From positions 72,946 to 136,945 of IMG/VR virus record IMGVR_UViG_3300032038_000010: a DNA stretch of 64,000 bases; one strand, written 5' to 3'. Below, in pieces: positions 10,839-21,428 of this stretch (position 1 is the first letter of the stretch; every line of letters begins with the position of its first letter). A program made the translations under genes and the position numbers. The DNA comes from a virus (lineage: Duplodnaviria > Caudoviricetes). A model generated the notes under the pieces. The model saw only the letters and a program-made list of their open reading frames with translations, did not search any database and was not told the DNA's origin.

Positions 10839-13161
10839 ATTAAATCACGAATTGGGTGCTAACTTTATTGAATATGCTGCAGCCTGTAATACAGATAGAG
10901 CTATTCCAGACGCAAAATGCGGTTTGAAGCCAGTGGCACGCCGTATACTCTACGGAGCTCTTGAGGGTGGAAGAGTTTCATCCAAGCCTTATGTTAAGAG
11001 TGCTAGAATTGTTGGTGATGTAATGGGACAGTTACATCCGCATGGAGATTCTAGTATTTATGGAGCATTAGTAAGACTAGCTCAAGATTGGGTAATGCGC
11101 TACCCTCTTATTGATTTTCACGGTAATGTTGGTAGTATTGGCGGAGACGGTCCTGCCGCATCTCGATATACAGAAGCAAGATTGTCAAAACTTAGCGAAG
11201 ATGGATTGCTAATTGGATTAAAGAAGAAGAATGTTAATTTCGTACCAAATTATGATGAAACTATGGAAGAGCCTGAAACTCTTCCAGCTATCTTCCCTAA
11301 TCTTCTTTGCAATCCAAACAGCGGGATCGGCGTTGCTATAGCTTGTAACTGGGCGCCGCACAATCTTCGAGAAGTAGCTCAAGCTATTGAAGATTATATG
11401 GATGGGAAAACACCAGTTCTTCCTGGCCCTGATTTCCCAACGGGCGGTCAAATTATAAATAAGAATGATATTCCTAATATCATGGCAACAGGTCATGGTA
11501 GTGTTAAAATTAGAGCAAGATATAAAGTAGAAAAAAATCAAATTATTTTCTATGAAATTCCGTATGGAACTACTATTGAAGGATTGATTGCAGAAGTCGG
11601 TGCAGCTTGCGATAATAAAGAACTTGAAGGTATTACTGACATCCATGATGAAAGTAATAAAAAAGGAATTAGAGTTGTTGTAACTTGTGATAAAGGAGTG
11701 TCACCAGACGCAATAGTACAGAAAATTTATCAAAAAACTAATTTTCAGACTTCATTCTCATATAATCAAGTTGCTCTTGTCGATAAGACTCCTGTTGAGC
11801 TAAATCTGAAAGATTGCATTAAGATTTATATTCAGCATAATATTGATTGCTTAATTAAAGAAAGCAATTTTGATTTAGAAAAAGCAAAAGCAAGACTAGA
11901 AGTAGTTGAAGGACTAATTAAAGCACTCGAAGATATTGATAATATTATCGCATTAATTAAAAAATCAGAAAGTGCGGCCTCCGCTAAGACTATACTAATG
12001 GTTCAGTATAATTTTACTGAAAATCAGGCTAAAGCTATCCTTGCGATGAGATTAAGCTCTCTTGCTAAACTGGAAAAGGTTGAGCTGCAAGAAGAAAAGA
12101 AATCTCTTATTAGCCAAATTGAAGATTTAAATGACATTCTCATTAATAAAGAACGTCAGATTAATATTATCAGAGCTAGACTTGATACGCTAGTAAAAAA
12201 ATATGGCGATGACCGTAGAACAGAACTCGCTCAAATTGATATTAAGCCAGAAGATAAAGAAGTAGAAACTGTTATTCCTGAAGATGTAGTTGTTGTTGTA
12301 ACTAAATCTGGTGATGTAAAAAGAATAGCAAAAAATAGCTTTAAGACTCAAAGAAAAAATGGTAAAGGTGTAAAAACTTTAGATGATGTTATTCTTACAA
12401 CAATTTCTACTAATACTATTGATACACTAATGATTTTTACTAATAAAGGTAAAATGTTTAGACTATTAGTAGATAATATACCAGCAGGAACAAATGCTTC
12501 AAAAGGACAAAATCTTGCTACAATTATTAAGATGGACTCTGATGAGAGTATTTCTGCGGTAACCTCTTTGCATCATCAAACTAATGCAGAATATGCAATC
12601 TTCTTTACAAAGAATGGTTTGATTAAGAAATCTGCTTTAACTGAGTATAAAAACATCAAGAAAAGCACTGGTATTCAAGCTATTAAACTTAAAGATGGCG
12701 ATGAATTAGTTAATGTAACCTTTTTAAAAGATGAACCTGTGATTGTTATTACTAAGAATGGCTTTGCAATCAAGTTTGATACTAAAGATATTGCTGCAAC
12801 AGGTAGAGTCACAAGTGGAGTAAAAGCAATTAAATTAAGTGAAGATGATTCAGTTTTAATTGGATTGCCAATTAGTCCTAAAAAGAAATATTTAGCAATA
12901 GTATCAGCAAACGGAGTTGGAAAGAAAACAGATATTAATGAATTTCCACTTCAAGGCCGAGGCGGTAAAGGACTATTTGCTTATAAATCAGATAAACATA
13001 TTGCAGGCGCCGCATTAGTCGATGATACTGATAGCGTCTTGATTCGCGGCGTCCCTAATTCAATATGTATCGCAGCTTCAGATTTGCCTCTTGTGAGTCG
13101 AATTGGAATTGGTAATATCCTTATTAAGAATACGAATGTTACTGGTGTAATTAAATTATAA
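10819..13161 (+). CDS. gyrA: DNA gyrase subunit A
   Basis: GLKPVARR, HPHGDSSIY, AASRYTE (catalytic Tyr), GyrA-box-like QRKNGKG and pinwheel repeats. Confidence 0.95.
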   Translation: MDQQQIELNHELGANFIEYAAACNTDRAIPDAKCGLKPVARRILYGALEGGRVSSKPYVKSARIVGDVMGQLHPHGDSSIYGALVRLAQDWVMRYPLIDFHGNVGSIGGDGPAASRYTEARLSKLSEDGLLIGLKKKNVNFVPNYDETMEEPETLPAIFPNLLCNPNSGIGVAIACNWAPHNLREVAQAIEDYMDGKTPVLPGPDFPTGGQIINKNDIPNIMATGHGSVKIRARYKVEKNQIIFYEIPYGTTIEGLIAEVGAACDNKELEGITDIHDESNKKGIRVVVTCDKGVSPDAIVQKIYQKTNFQTSFSYNQVALVDKTPVELNLKDCIKIYIQHNIDCLIKESNFDLEKAKARLEVVEGLIKALEDIDNIIALIKKSESAASAKTILMVQYNFTENQAKAILAMRLSSLAKLEKVELQEEKKSLISQIEDLNDILINKERQINIIRARLDTLVKKYGDDRRTELAQIDIKPEDKEVETVIPEDVVVVVTKSGDVKRIAKNSFKTQRKNGKGVKTLDDVILTTISTNTIDTLMIFTNKGKMFRLLVDNIPAGTNASKGQNLATIIKMDSDESISAVTSLHHQTNAEYAIFFTKNGLIKKSALTEYKNIKKSTGIQAIKLKDGDELVNVTFLKDEPVIVITKNGFAIKFDTKDIAATGRVTSGVKAIKLSEDDSVLIGLPISPKKKYLAIVSANGVGKKTDINEFPLQGRGGKGLFAYKSDKHIAGAALVDDTDSVLIRGVPNSICIAASDLPLVSRIGIGNILIKNTNVTGVIKL

Positions 13162-13164
13162 TTA

Positions 13165-13199
13165 ATGGTGCAGTCTTAAGACTGCACCATTTTATTTTT
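13165..13199 (+). terminator. Intrinsic terminator
   Basis: Palindrome ATGGTGCAGTCTTAAGACTGCACCAT followed by a T-run. Confidence 0.7.
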
Positions 13200-13240
13200 A
13201 TCAAAAATTATTATATAATATATATATAGAAATAAGAGAG

Positions 13241-13828
13241 GTGATAAATATGATTGATTGTTTATATCAACCATTTAAACATTGGGCAAATAATAAAGCT
13301 ATTTGGATTTATAGTGATACTCATTTTGAAGATTCTGATTGCCATTTAATGGATTCAAATTGGATTACTCCAACTGAGCAAATCAAAATTTTAAATAGCC
13401 AAGCAGGTCGTAAAGATACTTTAATTTTACTTGGAGATATTGGAAATCCTGAATGGCTAAATAAACTTCATGCAAGCTATAAAATATTAATTACGGGCAA
13501 TCATGATAAAGGAACATCAATATATAAATCTTATTTTGATGAAATATATAACGGGCCACTTTTAATAGCAGATAAAATTTTACTTAGCCATGAACCTATT
13601 AATGGATTAGATTGGTGCCTTAATATACATGGGCATGATCATGGCTCTAATGGCGGCCGCGTTAATTTAAATCATTATTGTGTTTGTTCAAATACTGTTC
13701 AATATAAAGCATTAAATTTAAATAGTTTTATTAAAAATGGAGGATTGGCACATATTCCTTCAATTCATCGTTTAACAATTAATTATGCAACAGAACATAG
13801 TTTACATAAAGAGGTAGATAATGGATAA
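13241..13828 (+). CDS. Calcineurin-like metallophosphoesterase
   Basis: SDTHF, LGD, GNHD, SHEP and HGHDH motifs. Confidence 0.85.
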   Translation: MINMIDCLYQPFKHWANNKAIWIYSDTHFEDSDCHLMDSNWITPTEQIKILNSQAGRKDTLILLGDIGNPEWLNKLHASYKILITGNHDKGTSIYKSYFDEIYNGPLLIADKILLSHEPINGLDWCLNIHGHDHGSNGGRVNLNHYCVCSNTVQYKALNLNSFIKNGGLAHIPSIHRLTINYATEHSLHKEVDNG

Positions 13829-15746
13829 ATTAGAAATGGGAGCTTTGGTTAATAAACTTAATAAATATACTGAAGCTTATGATGCAGGAACACCTCTTAT
13901 TTCTGATAAAGAATGGGATGAATTATATTTTCAATTAGTGGAAGCAGAAAAAGAGACTGGAATTATCTTACCTAATTCACCAACTCAGTCCATTCATTTT
14001 CAGACTGTTACTAAACTAAATAAAGTAAAACATAATCATCCAATGCTTTCATTAGATAAAACAAAAGATGCTAATACAATTCAATCGTTCCTTGGAGAAA
14101 AAGATTGGATTGCTATGTGTAAAATGGATGGATTAACTTGTTCTTTAAAATATGAAGATGGAAAATTAGTTAGCGCGGAGACAAGAGGAAATGGAGAAAT
14201 AGGAGAAGATATACTCCATAATGCACTTTGTGTAAAATCTATTCCTCATAGTATTCCATTTAAAGATGAACTAATTGTAGATGGAGAAATAATTTGCACT
14301 TATAATAATTTTAAACTATTTTCTGAACAGTATAAAAATCCAAGAAATTTTGCATCGGGCAGTATAAGATTGCTTGATTCAAAGGAATGTTTTAAACGTA
14401 ATCTTGATTTTATTGCTTGGGATGCTATTACTAATTTTGCAAGTACATTATCTATCAAATTACTTATATTGCAATCTTATGGTTTTACTGTTGTACCAAG
14501 AATTATCAAAGATGATTCAATTACAATAGAAGACGCTATTAATGAACTTCAAGAAAGAGCAAATGAGTCATCATATCCAATTGATGGCATTGTATTTAAA
14601 TATGATTTAGTAACAGATTATAATGCGGCAGGCCGCACAGACCATCATTTTAAGGGTGGAATGGCATATAAATTTTATGATGAAACTTATTCCACTAATT
14701 TAAAATATATTGATTGGACAATGGGGAAAACAGGTATTCTTTCTCCTGTTGCTGTATTTAATCCAGTAGATATTGATGGTACTACTGTAGAAAGAGCTTC
14801 TTTACATAATATTAGTATTATGCAAGAAACAATGGGTATTCCTTATGAGGGAGAAGCTCTTGAAATCTTTAAAAGTAATCAAATCATTCCGCAGGTATAT
14901 TCTGCTGAAAAGAAAAATGATATTATACCTTTAGAGATACCTAAGATTTGTCCTATATGCGGTCAGCCTACTGAAATTAAAGAAGATGGTATTGCTAAAA
15001 TATTATATTGCTCAAATCCTAATTGTGAAGGTAAACTATTAAATCAATTAGACCATTTTTGTGGTAAAAAAGGATTAGATATTAAAGGATTATCAAAAGC
15101 AACACTATCTAAACTAATTGATTGGAATTGGGTGTCTTATTTTAAAGATATTTATAGATTAAATGAACATAAAAAAGAATGGATACAGAAACCTGGATTT
15201 GGTGATAAATCTGTTCAAAATATTTTAAATGCAATAGAAGAAAGTAGAAAACCAGAATTATGGCGAGTGATTGCGGCCGCCTCTATTCCAAATATAGGTG
15301 GAGTTGCATCTAAAGAATTAGCTAGTTATTTTAAAACTTATGCTAATTTTAGAAAAGCAGTTGAAGATAATTTTGATTTTACTCAACTAGAAGATTTTGG
15401 AGAAGTCGCAAATTATGATATTTTGAATTTTAATTATACAAATATTGATGATGTAGTATCTTATGCTTTTGAAATTCAAGACGCGGCGGCCGCCCCTCAG
15501 GAGATGTCGCTAGACAAGGTTCAGTTTTGTATCACTGGTAAATTACAGCATTTTAAAAATAGGGACGAATTAAAAGCAAAGATTGAGTCTCTTGGCGGTA
15601 AAGTAACTGGATCAGTATCAAGCAAAACTAATTATCTTATTAATAATGATATTAATTCAACTAGTGGTAAAAATAAGACAGCTAAATCTCTTAATGTTCC
15701 AATCATTAGTGAAGATGACTTCCTGCAAATGGTATCTTCTAATTGA
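13821..15746 (+). CDS. ligA: NAD-dependent DNA ligase
   Basis: KMDG, TRGNG..GED, NPRNFASGS, Zn finger, HhH and BRCT. Confidence 0.95.
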   Translation: MDKLEMGALVNKLNKYTEAYDAGTPLISDKEWDELYFQLVEAEKETGIILPNSPTQSIHFQTVTKLNKVKHNHPMLSLDKTKDANTIQSFLGEKDWIAMCKMDGLTCSLKYEDGKLVSAETRGNGEIGEDILHNALCVKSIPHSIPFKDELIVDGEIICTYNNFKLFSEQYKNPRNFASGSIRLLDSKECFKRNLDFIAWDAITNFASTLSIKLLILQSYGFTVVPRIIKDDSITIEDAINELQERANESSYPIDGIVFKYDLVTDYNAAGRTDHHFKGGMAYKFYDETYSTNLKYIDWTMGKTGILSPVAVFNPVDIDGTTVERASLHNISIMQETMGIPYEGEALEIFKSNQIIPQVYSAEKKNDIIPLEIPKICPICGQPTEIKEDGIAKILYCSNPNCEGKLLNQLDHFCGKKGLDIKGLSKATLSKLIDWNWVSYFKDIYRLNEHKKEWIQKPGFGDKSVQNILNAIEESRKPELWRVIAAASIPNIGGVASKELASYFKTYANFRKAVEDNFDFTQLEDFGEVANYDILNFNYTNIDDVVSYAFEIQDAAAAPQEMSLDKVQFCITGKLQHFKNRDELKAKIESLGGKVTGSVSSKTNYLINNDINSTSGKNKTAKSLNVPIISEDDFLQMVSSN

Positions 15747-15782
15747 AAGTTATGAAAAATTTTGATATAATATATTTAAGAA

Positions 15783-15965
15783 ATGAATAAGAGAGAACAA
15801 AAAAAAATCGCTAATCGAGTAGCGAAACTCGAAAGGAATATATCATTGGGCAAAAATGTTAAAGAAGCTCAAGCTGAAATTGAAAATATAATGACTACCC
15901 TTTCGATAGAAGATTTTATTTACATTGATAATTATATTCAAGAAATATTTTCATTGACAAAGTGA
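15783..15965 (+). CDS. Small hypothetical protein
   Basis: 60-aa ORF directly after a TATAAT box, possibly leaderless. Confidence 0.5.
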   Translation: MNKREQKKIANRVAKLERNISLGKNVKEAQAEIENIMTTLSIEDFIYIDNYIQEIFSLTK

Positions 15966-15982
15966 AAAATTTTTGATATAAT
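15954..15982 (+). promoter_or_regulatory. Sigma-A-type promoter
   Basis: TTGACA-17-TATAAT. Confidence 0.75.
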
Positions 15983-16070
15983 ATATATATAATAAAGGAA
16001 GAAAATTATTAAACTACTACTTCCAATATTAAAAACTACTAATAATAATTTTTTTAAGGAGAAAACAACT

Positions 16071-16349
16071 ATGGCACTTAAGGAAAATTCACGCAAGGTT
16101 TATGATTATGTTTCTGCACATGATGGCGAGGACTTTACAGCAAAGGATATTGCTGCAGCACTCGGACTTGATGCTCGTCAGGTAAATGGTATCGTTACTT
16201 CAGCTTTCCAGCGTAAGGGACTTATGGAGAGAGTTGAGGCAGAAGTTGAGAACGCAGACGGTACGCATGATAAGGTTAAGCTCGTTAAGCTGACAGACGC
16301 TGGCCGCGAGTTCGATCCAGATGCTGATCCTGAGAAGAAGGCAGAGTAA
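16071..16349 (+). CDS. Winged-HTH DNA-binding protein
   Basis: FTAKDIAAALGL..RQVNG...KGL...LTDAG; AAGGAG RBS; high-expression codon bias. Confidence 0.75.
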   Translation: MALKENSRKVYDYVSAHDGEDFTAKDIAAALGLDARQVNGIVTSAFQRKGLMERVEAEVENADGTHDKVKLVKLTDAGREFDPDADPEKKAE

Positions 16350-16416
16350 TATATAACATACATAGTATGCCAATAGGGTTGGGTTATATGACCCAGCCCT
16401 ATTATTTTATAAAATT

Positions 16417-17349
16417 ATGATAATTGTTTTAACAATATTGATTATAATATTAATCATATTGTTATTGAAAATGTGGCAAGATTTAAAACAAACAAAAGCA
16501 TTTAAAGCAAAATAGATTGCTGATGCGACCGCCGCGCAAGAACAATATGATAATCTTATAAAGTCAATTAATGATTTAAACCTTGAAAAGGTTAAATTAT
16601 ATAGTGAAATTGAAACTCAAAAGAAAAATATAAATTCAATATATGAATCTGAAACCGCTCGTATTCAATCTGAGATTGAACGATATAAAGATAAAGCTAC
16701 TTACGCTGCTGAAGAATATGTTAATTCATTAAAACAATCATATGTGAAAGCAAAGTAGCAGCATGACGCACAATTATTACAGTTAGAAGAGGATAAAAAA
16801 GAATCCGAATTAGCTTTAGATAAAATACGTCAATCTTTAAGCGCGGGGGTCCAAGCTAAATTAAGATAGCAAGAAAAACGCACTCAATTAGATTTTTATA
16901 AATTAAACATTACAAATACTGAACTACAAGATATACAATTACTAGAAAATGTAAAATTAAATTTACATAATCCGATAATTTTAAGTAAACTTATCTGGAG
17001 TACATATTTTCAAAAACAAACTAATGAACTATGTAATAGAGTAGTTGGTGTAGATAAAAAATGTGGTATTTATAAAATCACAAATATCAATACTGAACAA
17101 GTATATATTGGACAAAGTGTTGACATTGGTTCTCGTTGGAAACAACATATTAAGTGCGGTCTGGGAATAGACGCTCCCGCAACCAATAAGTTATATAACT
17201 CTATGCAAAAAGATGGAGTTTGGAATTTTTCTTTTGAAGTTCTCGAAGAATGTCCGAAAGATCAACTAAATGAAAAAGAAGCTGAATGGATTAATATGTA
17301 TCAAAGTGATAAATTCGGATATAATAGTACAAAAGGTAATAAAAGTTAA
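16417..17349 (+). CDS. Membrane-anchored coiled-coil GIY-YIG nuclease (3 recoded TAG: 16513, 16756, 16867)
   Basis: One frame with only TAG interruptions: N-terminal TM helix, coiled coil, then CGIYKITN...VYIGQSVDI..RW..H...GYN. Missed by the ORF track. Confidence 0.85.
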
Positions 17350-17360
17350 GGAGTTTAAAT

Positions 17361-17987
17361 ATGGTAGAAATTCCTACGATTGCAGATACGCTGCAGAAGG
17401 TAAAAAATAGTAAGTAGGCTTATAAAACATATGAAAATGCTATAAACAGTCTATCATATTGGAAGCGACATTTAATTCTTGGAGTAATCGAGGATGATAC
17501 TGGAGAATCTATTGAAAGTATGATTAAATTCTGGAACGCTCAAGATGATGAAGCTAATGTTCCAGTAGATAAAAGACAACCTATTTTACTCTTTGTTGAT
17601 TCACCTGGTGGAGATTTATCTGCTGCTTTTACAATTATTGATTCTATTGCTTTTTCAAAAACACCTGTATATACTATTAACATAGGCTGCGCATATAGTG
17701 GTGGTTTCTTTGTATATATTGCAGGTCATAAACGGTTTACCTATCCGCACGCATCTTTCCTTTACCACGAAGGAAGTACAGAAATTGGTGGAGACGCAGG
17801 TAAATTTCAAAACTTTTCTGATTTCTATAAAGAACAGTTAACTGAATTAAAAAACATAACCTTGAAATATACAAAGATTTCAGAAGAACTTTATAATGAG
17901 AAACGTCGAGATGATTGGTGGATTACTGCTGATGAATCTATTGAATTAGGCGTTAGTGATGAAGTTTTAGACCATTTTATATATTGA
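17361..17987 (+). CDS. clpP: ClpP-like protease (recoded TAG at 17415)
   Basis: AAGGAG RBS before ATG 17361; DSPGG, AYSGG, LYHE, DWW.TA.E..ELG motifs. Confidence 0.85.
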
Positions 17988-17996
17988 GGTTTATTA

Positions 17997-18668
17997 ATGA
18001 AATTTGAAAATACAGAAGTAATGAATTTTAAAGGGGCTTTCAGAGGATTGCGTAATCCTCTTGAGTCCTGGTCTAAATCAGATAGCTCATTTGATAATGG
18101 GATGACCATAATCGGAGAAAAAGACTTGAATCTGGCGCAACGCATGATTAAAGCTGGATCAAGTGATTCTAAATTTCTTCGACAGATTTTTGTGTCTGTA
18201 GACATCACGGGCCCGTTATACTGGCTCAAGTAGCTAGACACTTACAAAGTAGCGACTGTTGCTAATAGCACCTCAACGATGCACAAATTAGCGTCCACTC
18301 CTATTACAAAAGAATGTTTTGAAATGGGAGATTATAACAATCTTAAAGTATATGATAATGAACCATATAAAATTAATGATTATACTGATGATTGTTGGGA
18401 TGAAATAATTAATATTTGCGAAACACTTCGTCAAAGATACAATGAAACAAAAGACCAAAGGTACTGGAAAGAATTAATTCGTATCTTACCAGAGTCTTGG
18501 CAACAGACTAGAACTTGGACAAATAATTATGCGGGCCTCCGCAATATTTACTTTCAAAGAAAAAATCATCGTTTAACTGAATGGTCAAATGATTTTTGCT
18601 CTTGGATTAAAACTCTTCCCTATGCAGCAGAATTAATTACATACCAGCCAGAGAAATCTACTGATTGA
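17997..18668 (+). CDS. ThyX/Thy1-like flavin-dependent thymidylate synthase homolog (recoded TAG at 18231)
   Basis: KFLRQI.V.VDIT.PLYWLK*LDTYKV..VANSTSTMHKL...RKNHRL.EW; the two track ORFs are in one frame across the TAG. Confidence 0.75.
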
Positions 18669-18750
18669 TTTTTTAAAAAACTTTTGCTATAATATTTATA
18701 GAAAGTTAAGAAAGAACAGCTATTATTATTTTCTATTAAGGAGAAAACTA

Positions 18751-19680
18751 ATGAGAAAGAACACAAATCAGGAACAGATTGAAGGAAGAATTTATCAGCA
18801 TAATCTTCAGGAAAAGATTACTGGAGAAACCAGTAAGCATCCTGGAACACCATTTATTGCTGGTACAATTGATGTAGCAACAGATGAACGGGGACTCAAT
18901 ATTCTCACAGTTCATTATACATATGTAACTGAATCTACAAAGAATGGTAATAAGAACGCTTCTTATGCAAATCTCAAGAGGATCATTGATAATGGTAAGA
19001 CTATTACTAATGATGGCATTGAGAACGCATGGAAGGTAAGACTCACGCCTGCAATCGCACTGAATGATTTCTACCCACAGGGGCAGGATGATCTCGTATC
19101 TCAGCCTCGAAATGAGGGCGGTTTTGTATCTATTATTTCAGAGCTTCATCCAGAGGGAATCGAGAGAAATAAGTTTACAGCGGATGTCCTTATTAATAAG
19201 GTAGACCATGTTGATGCAGATGAAGAGAAGGGTATCACAGAAGATTTCGTTCGTATGAACTGTGCGGTATTTAATTTCCGTAATGATATTCTTCCATTTA
19301 CTTTCGTAGCAAAGAATAAGGATGCTATGAAGTATTTTGAAGGACTTGAACTTCCTTGCTATACTAAGGTATGGGGCAAGATTGTAAGCTCTACTCAGAC
19401 TGTTAGACATAAGACTGAATCTGCTTTTGGCGGAGACGCAGTTGATACAACAGAGAAAAGAGTTCGTGAGTGGGTTGTAACAGGCGCTCAGAAGGAGCCT
19501 TATGAGTTCGGAGAAGAGAATGTTATGACCGCTGATGAAGTTAAGGAAGCGCTTGCAAATCGTAATGTAATGCTTGCTGAAAACAAGAAGAGAAGCGAAG
19601 AGTATTACGCAAAGAACGGAGCTACTTCAACATCTTCCAAGACAGATGCGGCAGTCCCCGCAGGTGGATTTAATTTCTAA
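18751..19680 (+). CDS. Single-stranded DNA-binding protein (putative)
   Basis: OB-fold-like composition, aromatic C-terminal tail, position before the Sak4-like gene. Confidence 0.6.
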   Translation: MRKNTNQEQIEGRIYQHNLQEKITGETSKHPGTPFIAGTIDVATDERGLNILTVHYTYVTESTKNGNKNASYANLKRIIDNGKTITNDGIENAWKVRLTPAIALNDFYPQGQDDLVSQPRNEGGFVSIISELHPEGIERNKFTADVLINKVDHVDADEEKGITEDFVRMNCAVFNFRNDILPFTFVAKNKDAMKYFEGLELPCYTKVWGKIVSSTQTVRHKTESAFGGDAVDTTEKRVREWVVTGAQKEPYEFGEENVMTADEVKEALANRNVMLAENKKRSEEYYAKNGATSTSSKTDAAVPAGGFNF

Positions 19681-19756
19681 TTAATCACTATTTTATGTAG
19701 AGGGGATTATTGATAAAATAATCCTCTCATATTTTTCTATGAAAGGATGACTAATA

Positions 19757-20791
19757 ATGGCAGATATTAATATTTTTAACATTCAGCCGCATCAGGTTAG
19801 TCGTGATATGAGAGGATATTCCGTATTCTTCTACGGCGAACCAAAGAGTGGCAAGACTACCACCGCATCAAAGTTTCCAAAGAGTCTTTTGCTTGCATTT
19901 GAAAAAGGTTATAATGCGCTACCTGGAGTTATGGCACAGCCTATCAATAGCTGGGCAGAGTTTAAAAAGGTTCTTCGCCAGCTGAAAGAATCTCAGGCGC
20001 ATGAGATGTTTGAAACAATCATTATTGATACATCTGATATTGCGTATGACTATTGCACAAAATATATCTGTGATAATGCGCCTCGTTCAGATGGTGGATT
20101 TGGTGTTGACTCTATCTCAGATATTCCTTATGGTAAAGGATATGGAATGATTTCAAAAGAATTTGATTCATGTCTTCGTTCTATTGTAATGATGGATTAT
20201 GGTCTTGTTATCATTTCTCATGCAACCGATAAGACTTTCACTGATGAACAGGGTCAGCAGTATAATAAGATTGTTCCTACTCTTGACAAAAGAGCAAATA
20301 ATATTGTATCTCGTATGTGCGATATTATTGGATATTCACGTATTGTAACCGATAAAGAAGGCGTTGAATCTACAAAACTTTTTATTCGCGGTACTTCACG
20401 TTTTGAAGCTGGATCAAGATTTAAGTATACTCCAGATTATATTGATTTTAATTATAAGTCTCTTGTCAATGCTATTGGTGATGCTATCGACAAACAGGCT
20501 AAAGAAGATGGAGAAGAGTATTTTACTGATACTCGTAGCAATCTTTATGAAGATACTACTAAGAATCTTGATTTCGATGAACTTATGGCTACATTCAATA
20601 GCCTAGTTAAATCTATTACGGATAAGGCTTCTGATGAAGAAATGCAATCTTTTTGGGCGCCTCGTATTCAATCTATTACAGATAAATATCTTGGTAGAGG
20701 AAATAAGGTTAATAATATGTCAAGAGAGCAGGTTGAAGCTCTTTCACTTATCAATGATGACTTGTCTGAATTAATTAATTCAAAAAAGTAA
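19757..20791 (+). CDS. AAA_24 / Sak4-like ssDNA-annealing ATPase
   Basis: YGEPKSGKTT, LLAFEKG, IIIDT and IISH motifs. Confidence 0.8.
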   Translation: MADINIFNIQPHQVSRDMRGYSVFFYGEPKSGKTTTASKFPKSLLLAFEKGYNALPGVMAQPINSWAEFKKVLRQLKESQAHEMFETIIIDTSDIAYDYCTKYICDNAPRSDGGFGVDSISDIPYGKGYGMISKEFDSCLRSIVMMDYGLVIISHATDKTFTDEQGQQYNKIVPTLDKRANNIVSRMCDIIGYSRIVTDKEGVESTKLFIRGTSRFEAGSRFKYTPDYIDFNYKSLVNAIGDAIDKQAKEDGEEYFTDTRSNLYEDTTKNLDFDELMATFNSLVKSITDKASDEEMQSFWAPRIQSITDKYLGRGNKVNNMSREQVEALSLINDDLSELINSKK

Positions 20792-20903
20792 ATTCTTTAA
20801 TATATACTAGATTTTTTTAAGAGGAAGATAGATAATATCTTCCTCTTTACTTTTTTATAAAAATATGATATAATAAATATAAGAATGAGGTGATATATTT
20901 ATT

Positions 20904-21428
20904 ATGACAAAACATATTGTAATATGTCCATTCTGTAAACAATCTTTCGATGCACAACCCGAAGGAGAAAATAAAGAATGGATTAAAATCAAACGCCGTT
21001 ATGCTCATATGTCGTGTTATATTGATCATGAACAAAGCATGACTCAAGAGGAAAAAGATTTAAGAGATTTAGTAACATATATACAACAATTATTAGGTGA
21101 TGATTATGTATATATGAAGGTAAAGAAACAAATAGAAGAATATCATAATAAATTTCAATATTCATATACAGGAATGTTGTCGTCTTTAAAATGGTATTAT
21201 GAAGTTCAAAACAATAAAACAGATAAAGCTAATGGTGGCATAGGAATAATTCCATATATTTACAACGATGCTAAAAAATATTATTATAATATTTATTTAG
21301 CACAGCAGAAAAATGCCACTATAACAAACTACCAAGTGCCAGTGAAAGAAATTTCAATCCAGTCCCCTCGGATGTATGAGCGGCCGCCGCACTTATGGTT
21401 TGAAAATGATGAGGAGGATGAAGATTAA
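20904..21428 (+). CDS. Conserved replication-module protein (Zn ribbon, GGIGIIPY motif)
   Basis: CPFC...HMSC; immediately upstream of the helicase. Confidence 0.65.
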   Translation: MTKHIVICPFCKQSFDAQPEGENKEWIKIKRRYAHMSCYIDHEQSMTQEEKDLRDLVTYIQQLLGDDYVYMKVKKQIEEYHNKFQYSYTGMLSSLKWYYEVQNNKTDKANGGIGIIPYIYNDAKKYYYNIYLAQQKNATITNYQVPVKEISIQSPRMYERPPHLWFENDEEDED

